Of a stretch of 56,764 bases of DNA, positions 9,998 to 19,345 are shown piece by piece. Origin of the DNA: Novosphingobium sp. (GTDB lineage Bacteria > Pseudomonadota > Alphaproteobacteria > Sphingomonadales > Sphingomonadaceae); the NCBI GenBank assembly GCA_035511275.1, contig DATKFS010000234.1, positions 1 to 56,764 on the forward strand. Direction: 5' to 3'. Positions within the stretch are counted from its first letter, which is position 1, and every line of letters starts with the position of its first letter. The notes beneath the pieces were generated by a model. It was given only the letters and a program-made list of their open reading frames with translations. It did no database searches and was not told where the DNA came from. The position numbers and the translations under genes are program-made.

Positions 9998-11112
9998 TTG
10001 CGCGCGGAGATCATGAACCACGACCGGAACGGGCCGGAGGATTCCGTCGAGAACCCGCCCGAGGCGCGGCGCGAGGGCTTGGGCGCGGCAAGCTGATAGC
10101 CGATCTTCGGATCCGCGAAGCCCGCTTCCCGCGCGACTTGCGCGAAGTCCATGTTCTGCATCCCGCGCCAGAACGGCTCGTTGTTGTAGAGGGCCTCGAA
10201 GTCGCCCTGGATGTTGCCCCAGACGCCCAGTTCGTCGGTGCGCCCCGGCACTTCGGTGTGGATCATCACCCCGCCCGGACGCAGCAGGCGATGGCATTCG
10301 CGGAAGATGTTGCGGGCCGCCGCGTTCGAGGTCTCGTGCAGCAGGACGCAGGAGTAGACGACGTCGAAGCTCTCGTCTTCGAACGGGGTCTTCTCGGCGT
10401 CGGCCTGGACGAAGTGGACGCGCTCGCCAAGGTGCTCGGCGCGGGCATGGGCATAGCGCAGCATGGCGCCGCCGACGTCCACCGCAACCACCTCGGCGTC
10501 GGGGAAGTGGCTCGCCACCGCGACCGTGCTGGCGCCCACCGCGCAGCCGAGGTCGAGGATGCGCGCGGGCTCCAGCTCGGGATAGACTTCCCAGAGATGC
10601 TGCACCGTGGTGTGGCCGCGCACGTCGTTCATCAGGCCGCCGTTGCGGCCCAGCATGTAGACCGCGCCGCCCCGGTCGATCAGCGCGCCCTGCCGGACGT
10701 CGCCCTGCCCCTGGTCGTGGTGGTAGCCGCCCGGCATCATGTGCACGTCGAGCGCGGCGATGTAGGGCGGCGGCGTGAAGTCGGGGTCGAGCGTGACCGA
10801 ACCCCTGGGTTCGGCGATCCGCGCGCGCGACTGGAGCGTGTCGATCTGCCGGTCGATCGAGCGGCCGACCGCGTCCCACATCATCTCCTGCGAGAGCCGG
10901 CGGTAGCCGATCCAGCTGCGGAACACTTCGGTGTCCATGAGCTGGCGGCGCACTTCGGCCATGCGTTCGGAGCCGGAGATCTGCGCCACGTTCTCGGCCA
11001 CGCCGCGCATCTGCGCGCCCACGCCCTCGCCCAGCCAGACCTTGAAGTCGCGGACGAAAAGCTGCTCGACGTGCTCGTCGTGCGTGGTTTCGGGCATCAT
11101 CGGGTGGCTCAT
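9994..11112 (-). CDS. Class I SAM-dependent methyltransferase
   Basis: ILDLGCAVG motif I, AVDVG, ADAEKTPFEDESFDVV, LLHET, LRPGG. Confidence 0.9.
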   Translation of the reverse strand: MSHPMMPETTHDEHVEQLFVRDFKVWLGEGVGAQMRGVAENVAQISGSERMAEVRRQLMDTEVFRSWIGYRRLSQEMMWDAVGRSIDRQIDTLQSRARIAEPRGSVTLDPDFTPPPYIAALDVHMMPGGYHHDQGQGDVRQGALIDRGGAVYMLGRNGGLMNDVRGHTTVQHLWEVYPELEPARILDLGCAVGASTVAVASHFPDAEVVAVDVGGAMLRYAHARAEHLGERVHFVQADAEKTPFEDESFDVVYSCVLLHETSNAAARNIFRECHRLLRPGGVMIHTEVPGRTDELGVWGNIQGDFEALYNNEPFWRGMQNMDFAQVAREAGFADPKIGYQLAAPKPSRRASGGFSTESSGPFRSWFMISARK

Positions 11113-11483
11113 GACAGCTGCTCCTTTTCAAGGATTGCATCGGCGGTGCGGGTCCGCTCCGCCCGGTCGGCATTCTCGCGCGTCGCTTCGAGCGCGCGCT
11201 CGGCATCGGCCTTGAAGGGATGCATGACCACGTCGATCAGCCGCCGCCGCGTGGCGTTGCGCTCGGCCTCCGCCGCCCCCTCGGCGCGGTAGGCGTCAAG
11301 CGCGGCGCGATCGAGCCAGCCCGCCGCCTCGCCCATCCGCTCGACGGTGTCGAGCCGCTCGCGCGTGATCGCCAGCTCCTGCAGGAGGGCGACGGCCATC
11401 GCGGTGAGCCGCGCGATTTCGGGAGCTTCGCCGGGAATGCTGCGGCGCGGTTCGGCATGATATCGGGCTGGGCTGTAGGTCAT
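11109..11483 (-). CDS. Small helical hypothetical protein coupled to the methyltransferase
   Basis: 124 aa (ALLQELAITRERLDTVER); ATGA overlap with the methyltransferase start; GC-rich codon usage like its neighbours. Confidence 0.7.
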   Translation of the reverse strand: MTYSPARYHAEPRRSIPGEAPEIARLTAMAVALLQELAITRERLDTVERMGEAAGWLDRAALDAYRAEGAAEAERNATRRRLIDVVMHPFKADAERALEATRENADRAERTRTADAILEKEQLS

Positions 11484-11558
11484 AGTCCACTCGTCAGATC
11501 GTTGCCTCCATGTGGCCGCCCCAGGCGCGTCGGCCAAGCCCGAAGCCGCGCCGGGACT

Positions 11559-11575
11559 CATGCATGAAGCGTATG
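11559..11575. promoter_or_regulatory. 17-bp palindromic operator, copy 3
   Basis: CATGCATGAAGCGTATG; its reverse complement differs from copy 1 at one base. Lies in the divergent promoter region. Confidence 0.65.
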
Positions 11576-11631
11576 ACTTCGCGGTCGCGACGGGCCTACC
11601 CGGTGCCCTGCCCCGGCGTAGAGTTTCCGCC

Positions 11632-12483
11632 ATGCCAGACTACCTGCCCCCCGCCGATCGCAACGGTCCCAAAGTGCGCCGCGGCTACACCGAATGCCGG
11701 TTCGGCCAGCTGCACTATCGCCACGCCGGTCCTGCCGAGCCCGGGGACAAGCCGGCTCTGGTCATGCTGCACCAGAACCCCTCGTCTTCGCAGGAGTACC
11801 TGCCGCTGATCGCGGAAATGGCGAAGGACCGGGAGGTCTACGCGTTCGATACGCCCGGCAACGGCATGTCGGACACCCCGCCCGGACCGCAGCCGCTCGA
11901 CCAGCTCGCAGGGGCCTTCGCCGAGGGCATGGCCGCGCTGGGGCTGGGCTCGGACAGGCCCGTCGACGTGTTCGGGTATCACTCGGGCACGTACTTGTGC
12001 ACCGAACTCGCGATCGCCGCGCCGCGCCGCGTCGGCCGCCTCGTCCTTTCCGGCCTGCCCATGCGATCGGTGGAGGAGCGCGCGGCCAACCTTGCCAAGG
12101 CGCGCGCGGTGACGCTGCCGGGCGAGGACGGTGCCGAGATGCTCGACTGGATGCGCTGGCTCTGGGACTTCACGGTCGTCGAGCGGTTGCCCGGCGCCGA
12201 CTTCGAACAGGCGATCTGGACGTTCCGCGACAAGGCCGCCGCCATGCACCGCCGCGCATGGACCTACATCGGCGTATGGTCCTACGACGCCGCCGCGCGC
12301 CTGCCGCTGGTAACGCAGCCCGTGCTCGTGGCGCAGCCGCACGAGGCGCTGCTCGACGCCAGCCGCGAGGCGGCCGCGCTCTTCCCCGATGCCCGCTTCG
12401 AGGAGCTTCCCGGCCTCAGCCGCGACGTCTTCGCCGTGGGTATCGCCGATTTCGCCCGATCCATCAGGAGCTTCTGCCAATGA
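11632..12483 (+). CDS. Alpha/beta-hydrolase-fold protein, His-elbow type
   Basis: FGQLHYR, LHQNPSSS, FDTPGNGMSD, VFGYHSGT. Confidence 0.85.
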   Translation: MPDYLPPADRNGPKVRRGYTECRFGQLHYRHAGPAEPGDKPALVMLHQNPSSSQEYLPLIAEMAKDREVYAFDTPGNGMSDTPPGPQPLDQLAGAFAEGMAALGLGSDRPVDVFGYHSGTYLCTELAIAAPRRVGRLVLSGLPMRSVEERAANLAKARAVTLPGEDGAEMLDWMRWLWDFTVVERLPGADFEQAIWTFRDKAAAMHRRAWTYIGVWSYDAAARLPLVTQPVLVAQPHEALLDASREAAALFPDARFEELPGLSRDVFAVGIADFARSIRSFCQ

Positions 12484-13865
12484 CCCTTCCTTCTACCGAC
12501 GTGCCCGTGCTGATCGTCGGCGCCGGCCTTGCCGGGCTCTACGCCGCCATGGAACTGGAGAAGCAGGGCATCGAGGCGCAGATCGTCGATGCCGCGCCCA
12601 TCCTTGGCGGACGCATCCGCACCATCGAGGTGGACGGCCAGCCCGTCGACATCGGCGGCACCGGCCTTGGCCCCTCGCACTTGCGTGCCCATGCCATGGT
12701 GGAGCGCTTCTGCCTGCCCTCGCGCCCGCTGACCCGGCGCGGCAGGACGGCGTTCTCGATCCACGGCGAACTGTTCGACGCCAAGGACTGGGAGAACCAC
12801 CCGGCCAATCGCTGCGTCGGCGAGGAGCGCGAAATCCTGCCTGCGCGGATGGACAGCTACTACATGCAGACGCTGCTGCCGTTCTTCGAGATCGAGGGCT
12901 GGCTCGATCCGGCCAATGCGCGCTACGATATCGCCTTCGCCGACTACCTGCGCAGCCACGGCCTGTCCGACGAGGCGCTGCGCCTCGTCAACATGTGCAT
13001 CAACACGAACGACATCGAGACCGTCTCGGCGCTGTCGATGTTCCGCGATGCGATCAAGTGGCGCTCGGTGGGCTTCGACGACCCGAAGAACTTCGACCAG
13101 TATGGCGACGCGCAGTACAAGCCGATCCGCCTGGAAGGCGGCATGGTGCGCCTGCCCGAGGCGATGGCGGCTTCGCTGCGCCGCGCGCCGATGCTGAACC
13201 GCAAGGTGGTGCGCATCGCGCATGGCGCGGAGAGCGTGACCGCCACCTTCGAGGACGGCTCCACGATCACCGCCGCGCGCATGATCGTGACGGTGCCGTT
13301 CGTCGCGCTCAAGCACGTCGCCTTCGACCCGCCGCTGCCCGAGCCGCTCGGCGAGGCGATCGGCTGCGCGGCCAGTTCGGGCAACACGCAGTTCATCCTC
13401 AAGGCCAGCAGCCGGTTCTGGGAGGAAGACGGGCTCGCCCCGTCACTGTGGAGCGACACCGTGTTCGAGCGCCTCTTCGTCGAGTTCAACGAGGACGACA
13501 GCGTCAACCACCTGCGCATCTGGATCAACGGCGACAATGCCAAGCGGGTCGATGCGATGGGGCCGCATGCGGCGGACGAACTACTCGCCACGCTGGCACG
13601 CATCCGCCCGTCCACCGCGGGCAAGCTGGAGGTCGTGCATCAGGTTTGCTGGGGCGCCGAGCCGCTGATCGGCGGCGAGAAATACGTGATGGGCCCGGGC
13701 CAGGTCACCCGCTTCGCCCGTCACATGGCGACGCCGGTGGGCGCGCTGCATTGGGCGGGCGAGCACCACAAGAGCCTCGAAGTCGGCATCGAGGCCGCGC
13801 TGCAATCGGGCGAGCGCGCGGCGGCGGAAGTGGCGGCAGTCCTCCAGCCGCAGGCGGCGGCCTGA
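12480..13865 (+). CDS. Flavin monoamine/amino-acid oxidase family protein
   Basis: GAGLAGL, GGRIRT, LHWAGEH, GIEAALQSGERAA; ATGA overlap. Confidence 0.88.
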   Translation: MTLPSTDVPVLIVGAGLAGLYAAMELEKQGIEAQIVDAAPILGGRIRTIEVDGQPVDIGGTGLGPSHLRAHAMVERFCLPSRPLTRRGRTAFSIHGELFDAKDWENHPANRCVGEEREILPARMDSYYMQTLLPFFEIEGWLDPANARYDIAFADYLRSHGLSDEALRLVNMCINTNDIETVSALSMFRDAIKWRSVGFDDPKNFDQYGDAQYKPIRLEGGMVRLPEAMAASLRRAPMLNRKVVRIAHGAESVTATFEDGSTITAARMIVTVPFVALKHVAFDPPLPEPLGEAIGCAASSGNTQFILKASSRFWEEDGLAPSLWSDTVFERLFVEFNEDDSVNHLRIWINGDNAKRVDAMGPHAADELLATLARIRPSTAGKLEVVHQVCWGAEPLIGGEKYVMGPGQVTRFARHMATPVGALHWAGEHHKSLEVGIEAALQSGERAAAEVAAVLQPQAAA

Positions 13866-13871
13866 CGACCG

Positions 13872-13902
13872 GCGGGGCGCTCCGGCACACGGAGCGCCCC
13901 GC
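13872..13902. terminator. Hairpin between convergent genes
   Basis: GCGGGGCGCTCCG-GCACA-CGGAGCGCCCCGC, 13-bp perfect stem. Confidence 0.7.
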
Positions 13903-13914
13903 TCATCCGCCCAC

Positions 13915-15276
13915 TTATCCGGCGCGCGCCGTCACCACATCACGGAACTGCGCGTCCGCCGCCAGTCGCTTCCCCATGCCGCGTGCCGCCAGCCAGTACA
14001 GCACCAGGCCGAGCGCGATCACCGGCAGCCCCACCGTCGTCATCGAAGCGCCGATCAGCGCCGGGTCGCGGTAGACGTGCTCGGTCGAGAACGCGATCAG
14101 CAGCGGCCCCATCGTGGCGCCCAGCAGGGTGTTGGTCAGGCCGAGCAGCGAAGTGGCGACGCCCCGCATGTTGCCCGGCACCAGTTCGGTGACGCTGGAG
14201 ATCATCGTCGTCCCCAGCATCGGCATGATCGCGATCGAGAGCACCACCATCGCCAGTCCCACCGGGAACGAGGGCGCGAAGGCCAGCAGCGTGCTGGGCA
14301 GCGCGAAGGCGCAGATCGCCATCAGCAGGCGGAGCTTGGCGCCCGGCCTGCCGCCGCGCGCGATGCGGTCGTTCACCCAGCCCGCCGTCAGCGCGCCCGC
14401 GCCGCCGCAGATCACCGCCGCCGTGCCGAGCCATTCGCCGACTTCGACGGGGCTGCGCTCGAACGTGCGGATGAGGTAGGTCGCGTTCCACCCGGCCAGC
14501 CCATAGGTATGCATGGTGGCCACCGCGAAGCCCACGTAGAAGGGCAGGAACACGATCCAGTTGCGCCGGAGGTAGCCGAACGATTCCGCGAAGCTGCCCG
14601 AGCCCCCGGCAGCGGCGACCGTCCGCCGCACCGGTTCGCGGTAGACCAGCATCAGCGCTGCGACGAAGAGGCCGATCACGCCGCAGATGGCGAAGACCAC
14701 GCGCCAGGGCGCCAGCCCGTCCAGCAGCGGAAGGCCGTCGAAGGCCCCGCGCGGCGCGGCGGCGAGCACCTGCGCGGTCAGGAACAGGCCGATGCCGGGC
14801 GCCACCGCCTGCCCCAGCAGGTAGACGCTGATCGGCCTTCCGCGCTGCTGGGCGGGGAACATGTCGCCGATCATCGAGATCGCGCAGGGCGCCAGCGCCG
14901 CCTCACCGAGGCCCACGAGCAGGCGCGCCGCGAAGAGTTCGCCGAAGTTCGACGCCTCGGCGCCGTAGAGCGTCGCGAGGCTCCATACGACGATGCCGAA
15001 GATCAGCAGCCGCTTGCGCGAGACGCGGTCGGCGAGCAGCCCGAGCGGAATGCCCATGACCGCGTAGAAGATGCCGAACGACAGTCCCTGCAGCAGGCTG
15101 ATCTGGAGGTCGGTGATGCCAAGCTCCGCGCGCACCGGCTGCACCACCAGCGTCAGGATCCCGCGATCGATGACCGAGATGATCGAGGCGATGCAGAACA
15201 GCACCAGCACGCCCCACGATCGCAGGCGGGGCGGATAGGGCTGCACCGCGATCGGGCCGGAGGGGTCGTCGGTCAT
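13915..15276 (-). CDS. MFS transporter (spinster/ACS-like)
   Basis: About 12 hydrophobic segments, IDRG, GLLADRVSRK motif A, ARLLVGLGEA. Confidence 0.9.
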   Translation of the reverse strand: MTDDPSGPIAVQPYPPRLRSWGVLVLFCIASIISVIDRGILTLVVQPVRAELGITDLQISLLQGLSFGIFYAVMGIPLGLLADRVSRKRLLIFGIVVWSLATLYGAEASNFGELFAARLLVGLGEAALAPCAISMIGDMFPAQQRGRPISVYLLGQAVAPGIGLFLTAQVLAAAPRGAFDGLPLLDGLAPWRVVFAICGVIGLFVAALMLVYREPVRRTVAAAGGSGSFAESFGYLRRNWIVFLPFYVGFAVATMHTYGLAGWNATYLIRTFERSPVEVGEWLGTAAVICGGAGALTAGWVNDRIARGGRPGAKLRLLMAICAFALPSTLLAFAPSFPVGLAMVVLSIAIMPMLGTTMISSVTELVPGNMRGVATSLLGLTNTLLGATMGPLLIAFSTEHVYRDPALIGASMTTVGLPVIALGLVLYWLAARGMGKRLAADAQFRDVVTARAG

Positions 15277-15295
15277 GGTCTTCCCTTGCCTTCGT

Positions 15296-15337
15296 TCAAA
15301 TGTTCCATCACCATGACATTTGATCCAGAACAGGAAT
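15296..15337. promoter_or_regulatory. Divergent MFS/LysR control region: inverted repeat plus T-N11-A box
   Basis: TCAAATGT-N12-ACATTTGA (15296-15323) and ATCC-N7-GAAT (15323-15337). Confidence 0.5.
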
Positions 15338-15361
15338 ACCGGGTTGCGCCGTTCTATCGAC

Positions 15362-16249
15362 ATGCGGAGACTCGAGCAGTTCGTGGCGGTTGCGCGCACG
15401 GGCAGCCTCGGCAAGGCCGCGCAGGAACTGGGCATGACCCAGCCCACGCTCACGCGGAACATGCGCGGGCTGGAGGCGGACCTCGGATCGCGCATGTTCG
15501 CGCGCGGCCCCTCGGGAACGATACTCACGCCCGCCGGAGACCGCTTCCTCCCCCGCGCCGAGGAACTGCTCAACAGCCTGGAACGCGCGCTCAGCGAGAT
15601 CGACGAGGAAGGCGCGCAGGCGACGCTCAAGCTGGGCATATCGCCGAACTTCCACTTCGACCTGATACCCGGCGCGATCAACCGGCACGTTCAGGAGAAC
15701 CCGCTCCTCAACATCCACGTCATCTCGGCCACGCGCGAGCAGATCGCCGAGGACTTGCGCCGCAAGGAGATGGATCTCGGTTTCTGCCTGATCCCGAGCT
15801 TCTTCTACACCCGCAGCACCGAACTGAACGAGATCGAGTTCGAGGCGCTGGGCGAGGAACTGATCCTGCCCAACGTGCGGCCGGACCACCCCTATGCCGC
15901 CGTTACCCGGCTGGAGGACACGGCCGGGATACGCTGGGCGGTGCCGCACCAGGTCTCGGTCAGCTACCGGTTCGAAAGCGCGTTCTACCGCAACAAGCTG
16001 CCGGTGCCGCCGCAGTCGCTCAACGCGACCTCGCTGTCGCTGCTGCGCAGCTCGGCGCTGGAAAGCGACATGGCCGCGCTGCTGCCCGCCCGCTACGCCG
16101 AGGCCGACGTGGTGGCCGGGCGACTGGCGGTGCTGGCGATAGACGCGATGCGCTTCGACTTCGTGTTCGGCTTCATGGAGCGGCGGGGCGTGCGCCCCAG
16201 CCCGGTATCGACGCGCTTCAAGTCGCTGGTGCGCGCCGCGCTGGGCTGA
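15362..16249 (+). CDS. LysR-family transcriptional regulator
   Basis: LEQFVAVARTGSLGKAAQELGMTQPTLTR HTH; start uncertain (15320 TTG possible). Confidence 0.9.
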   Translation: MRRLEQFVAVARTGSLGKAAQELGMTQPTLTRNMRGLEADLGSRMFARGPSGTILTPAGDRFLPRAEELLNSLERALSEIDEEGAQATLKLGISPNFHFDLIPGAINRHVQENPLLNIHVISATREQIAEDLRRKEMDLGFCLIPSFFYTRSTELNEIEFEALGEELILPNVRPDHPYAAVTRLEDTAGIRWAVPHQVSVSYRFESAFYRNKLPVPPQSLNATSLSLLRSSALESDMAALLPARYAEADVVAGRLAVLAIDAMRFDFVFGFMERRGVRPSPVSTRFKSLVRAALG

Positions 16250-16269
16250 GGCGCCGCCGCCCCGCCCGC

Positions 16270-16791
16270 CTACTTCCCCGCTTCCGGCGCCTTGCGCAGC
16301 GGCAGGGTCTTCTCCAGGTCGCCCAGCGTGATCTGGACCACCAGACACACCTTGCGCCCGGTCTTCGCCTCGCAGCGGAAGCGGTGGCCCTTGCCGGTCC
16401 AGTTCTCCGCCAGCACCGCCTCGCCGGGGTTGAGGCGGTAGGTCTTGCCGTCGCCGGTGTCGATCAGCTGGTTGCCCTGCAGGTAGAGCAGGACATTGGT
16501 GTTGGTCGCATAGTGCCACTCGGACTGGAAGCCGTCCGGCCAGTAGGCGATCACCACCCGGCGCACCTGCCGGTCGAACAGCACGTTCATGCCGTAGCTG
16601 CCCTGCGAGACCGGCACCGGCATTTCCTCGACGTGGGTCAGCCCGTCGTCGGCGGAATAGAGGTGATACCAGCGCACGGGCTCCCCGAAATCGCCGAACA
16701 GGTTGTCCGCTGCCGCCGTTGCCGAGGGCGGCGCCAGAGCCGCCCACAGCGCCGCGCCGATGGGGACCATGCGCCGCATGATCCCCGCCAT
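16270..16791 (-). CDS. Exported cupin-fold hypothetical protein
   Basis: Signal peptide; LYSADDGLTH, WHYA, GEAVLAENWTGKGH cupin-like motifs; GGAG RBS. Confidence 0.7.
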   Translation of the reverse strand: MAGIMRRMVPIGAALWAALAPPSATAAADNLFGDFGEPVRWYHLYSADDGLTHVEEMPVPVSQGSYGMNVLFDRQVRRVVIAYWPDGFQSEWHYATNTNVLLYLQGNQLIDTGDGKTYRLNPGEAVLAENWTGKGHRFRCEAKTGRKVCLVVQITLGDLEKTLPLRKAPEAGK

Positions 16792-16808
16792 CTTGCTCCC
16801 TTGCCGCA

Positions 16809-19214
16809 TCAGAAGTTGTACCGGATGCGTGCGCCGACCTGCCGGCCGGTCCGCAGGCCGACGAGGATGTCGTTGGTGTTGGAGCGCAGCACGTCCACGT
16901 TGCGCACGATGCTGGTGTAGGTCCGCTCGTTGGTGAGGTTCAGCACGAAGGCCTCGATCCGCGCACGGTCGGACGACAGGCCCGCGCGAAGGTTCACGAG
17001 GTGCGTGTCGGGCGTGTAGGCGATGTTCGCCTCGGTCTCGTACATGCGGTTCTTGTAGATGTAGTCGGCGCGCAGATACCACTGGTCGAGCATCCCGCCG
17101 AGGATCGGCGAGGGCAGGTCGGCGGTGTACTGCGCGCCCAGCGTCGCGTTGACCGAAGGCACGCGCGGCAGGCTGTTGCCCGAGACGTCCGAACTGCCGG
17201 TGATCGACACCGCGCAGGTCACGCAGACGTAGTCGACGATCTCGCTGTAGTTGTAGCCGATGCCGCCGTTGAACGCGAGATTGTCGGTGGCGCGCCAGTC
17301 GAGCTGGCCCTCGATGCCCGCAAGGCGCGTCTTGCCGGCGTTGGCCGAGAAGGTCTGGACCTGCGTCTGGTTGCCCGAGCCGCCCGCCGGGACCACCGCG
17401 TTGACCGAGATGATCTGGTCGTTCCAGGTGCCGTAATAGGCGCTGACGTCGTAGCTGAGGGTGCCGAACAGGCGGCCCTTCACGCCCAGCTCCCACTGCT
17501 CCAGCTTCTCGGGCCTGACGGTCGTCTGCGCGCCCGTCTGCTCGAACGCCGCGTCCTGCACCGCCTGCGACGCGGTGGCGAGCGAGGAGTTGAACGCACC
17601 GGGGTTCATGCCCTTGGACCACGATCCGTAGACCGTCAGGTCGCGCGTCGGCTCGATGGTGAGGCTGACGCGGGGCAGGAAGTTCTTGTAGGTCGCCTTG
17701 AGCAGCGTGTCGGTCGGCTTGTCGTAGATGCGGCGGCGCGAATAGATGTTGTCGATCTGGTAGCGGCCGTCGAAACTGAGGTTCATGATCCCCAGCGTGT
17801 AGCCGAGGCCGAAGAAGCCGCTCCACGTCTTCGCCTGGTTGATGACCGATCCGGTCGAGACCCGGTAGCCGGTGGGATAGAGCGCGTTGGCGTTCGGCGT
17901 GCTCAGCGCTTCGGTATAGTTCGCACCGACGGTCCAGGTGAACGGGCCGCTTCCGGTCGATGCCGCGCGCAGTTCGGCCGACCAGTCGTCGAACATGTAT
18001 TCGACGTAGGATTCGTAATCGACGAAGGGCCGCACCAGGTTGGCATTGGTGCCGTTGAAGTTCGGGTTAGGTACGCCCCGTGTATCCTCAAGGTCGAGGT
18101 CGTTCAGCGTGGCGTAGTGGTTCTGGTTCCAGGCGACGAGCGCGGAAACGCTGACCGGCGCGAACGGCGCGTCCCAGGTGAGGCCGCCGTGGACGTGGTA
18201 CGCCCGGCGCTTCATCCCCGCCTCGGTCTGCAGCAGGTCGTCGAAAAGCAGCGGGACATTGGGATTGTCGATCACCTGGCTGCGGAACAGCGGGTCCATG
18301 ATGACGTTGCTGGCGGGCGTCAGCGAGGGGCTGCCGGGCAGCTTCCCGCAGACATAGTTGAGGCCGCGACCGAGCCCTGCATCGCAGTTGTAGTCGGGGC
18401 TGGCGAACTTGCCGAGTGGCCCCGGGCCGTCGTCGTCATGCCAGCCGAGGCCGAACACGCGGAAGGTCAGGTTGTCGGTCGGCTTGGCGATCAGGGTCAC
18501 GGCGAGGCTGGTGGATTCCTGCTGGCCCAGCGTTTCCGAGGAGCCGCCGGGATTGTCGAAATCGCCGTCGGTGTAGAAATGCCGGCCGCTGACCCGGAAC
18601 AGCAGCTTGTCCGGAATGATCGCGCCTTCCAGCGAGGCGGTGAAGTTGGTCCAGTTGTTCGAGGCGATCTGCCCCTCCACCGAACCGCGAAGCTCGTTGG
18701 TGGGGTCCTTGGTGACGAGGTTCACCGCGCCCGCGAATGTCGCGCGGCCGAAGTAGGCGCTCTGCGGGCCTTTCAGCACTTCCACGCGGGCAAGGTCGCC
18801 GATGCCCTCGACGAAGCCGCCGGTGACCGGCGCGCCGTCGATGAAGACAGAGACGTTGCCGTTCGAGGTGGGCGAGGAGGAGGGCGTCATGCCGCGGATG
18901 ATGATCTGCTGGTTCGAACGGTCCGCGCGGCCCGAGCCGGAGTTCGAGAGGTACATGCTCGGCGTGACGTCGGCCACGTCGTTGAGGCTGGCGATGTTGC
19001 GCTTTTCCAGCGAGGCGGAATCGAGCGCGGTGATCGCGATCGGCACGTCCTGGAGCGATTCCTCGCGCTTGCGGGCGGTGACGACGATGTCGCCCGGCAG
19101 GCTCGCCTCCGCCTGTGCTTCCTGCGCGGCGGCGGGCGCGGCGATCATGCCCTGCCCGGTCACGCCGATCGCGGCGGTGGCGAGCAGCATCCTGAGATAC
19201 GAATTGCGGTCCAT
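16809..19214 (-). CDS. TonB-dependent receptor
   Basis: DIVVTARKREE, VEVLKGPQSAYFGRATFAGAVNLVT, C-terminal YNF. Confidence 0.95.
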   Translation of the reverse strand: MDRNSYLRMLLATAAIGVTGQGMIAAPAAAQEAQAEASLPGDIVVTARKREESLQDVPIAITALDSASLEKRNIASLNDVADVTPSMYLSNSGSGRADRSNQQIIIRGMTPSSSPTSNGNVSVFIDGAPVTGGFVEGIGDLARVEVLKGPQSAYFGRATFAGAVNLVTKDPTNELRGSVEGQIASNNWTNFTASLEGAIIPDKLLFRVSGRHFYTDGDFDNPGGSSETLGQQESTSLAVTLIAKPTDNLTFRVFGLGWHDDDGPGPLGKFASPDYNCDAGLGRGLNYVCGKLPGSPSLTPASNVIMDPLFRSQVIDNPNVPLLFDDLLQTEAGMKRRAYHVHGGLTWDAPFAPVSVSALVAWNQNHYATLNDLDLEDTRGVPNPNFNGTNANLVRPFVDYESYVEYMFDDWSAELRAASTGSGPFTWTVGANYTEALSTPNANALYPTGYRVSTGSVINQAKTWSGFFGLGYTLGIMNLSFDGRYQIDNIYSRRRIYDKPTDTLLKATYKNFLPRVSLTIEPTRDLTVYGSWSKGMNPGAFNSSLATASQAVQDAAFEQTGAQTTVRPEKLEQWELGVKGRLFGTLSYDVSAYYGTWNDQIISVNAVVPAGGSGNQTQVQTFSANAGKTRLAGIEGQLDWRATDNLAFNGGIGYNYSEIVDYVCVTCAVSITGSSDVSGNSLPRVPSVNATLGAQYTADLPSPILGGMLDQWYLRADYIYKNRMYETEANIAYTPDTHLVNLRAGLSSDRARIEAFVLNLTNERTYTSIVRNVDVLRSNTNDILVGLRTGRQVGARIRYNF

Positions 19215-19345
19215 GCTTTTCCCTGTTCCTTGCCTTGTTTGAGGAACAGGAGACCCCAGCCGGCCCGCCGCATTAAGTCGGCAATCGCGGCTGTTCACTC
19301 TGCGATGAACGCGGGGCCATGCAGAGCGGACTTGTCGCCCTGCGA

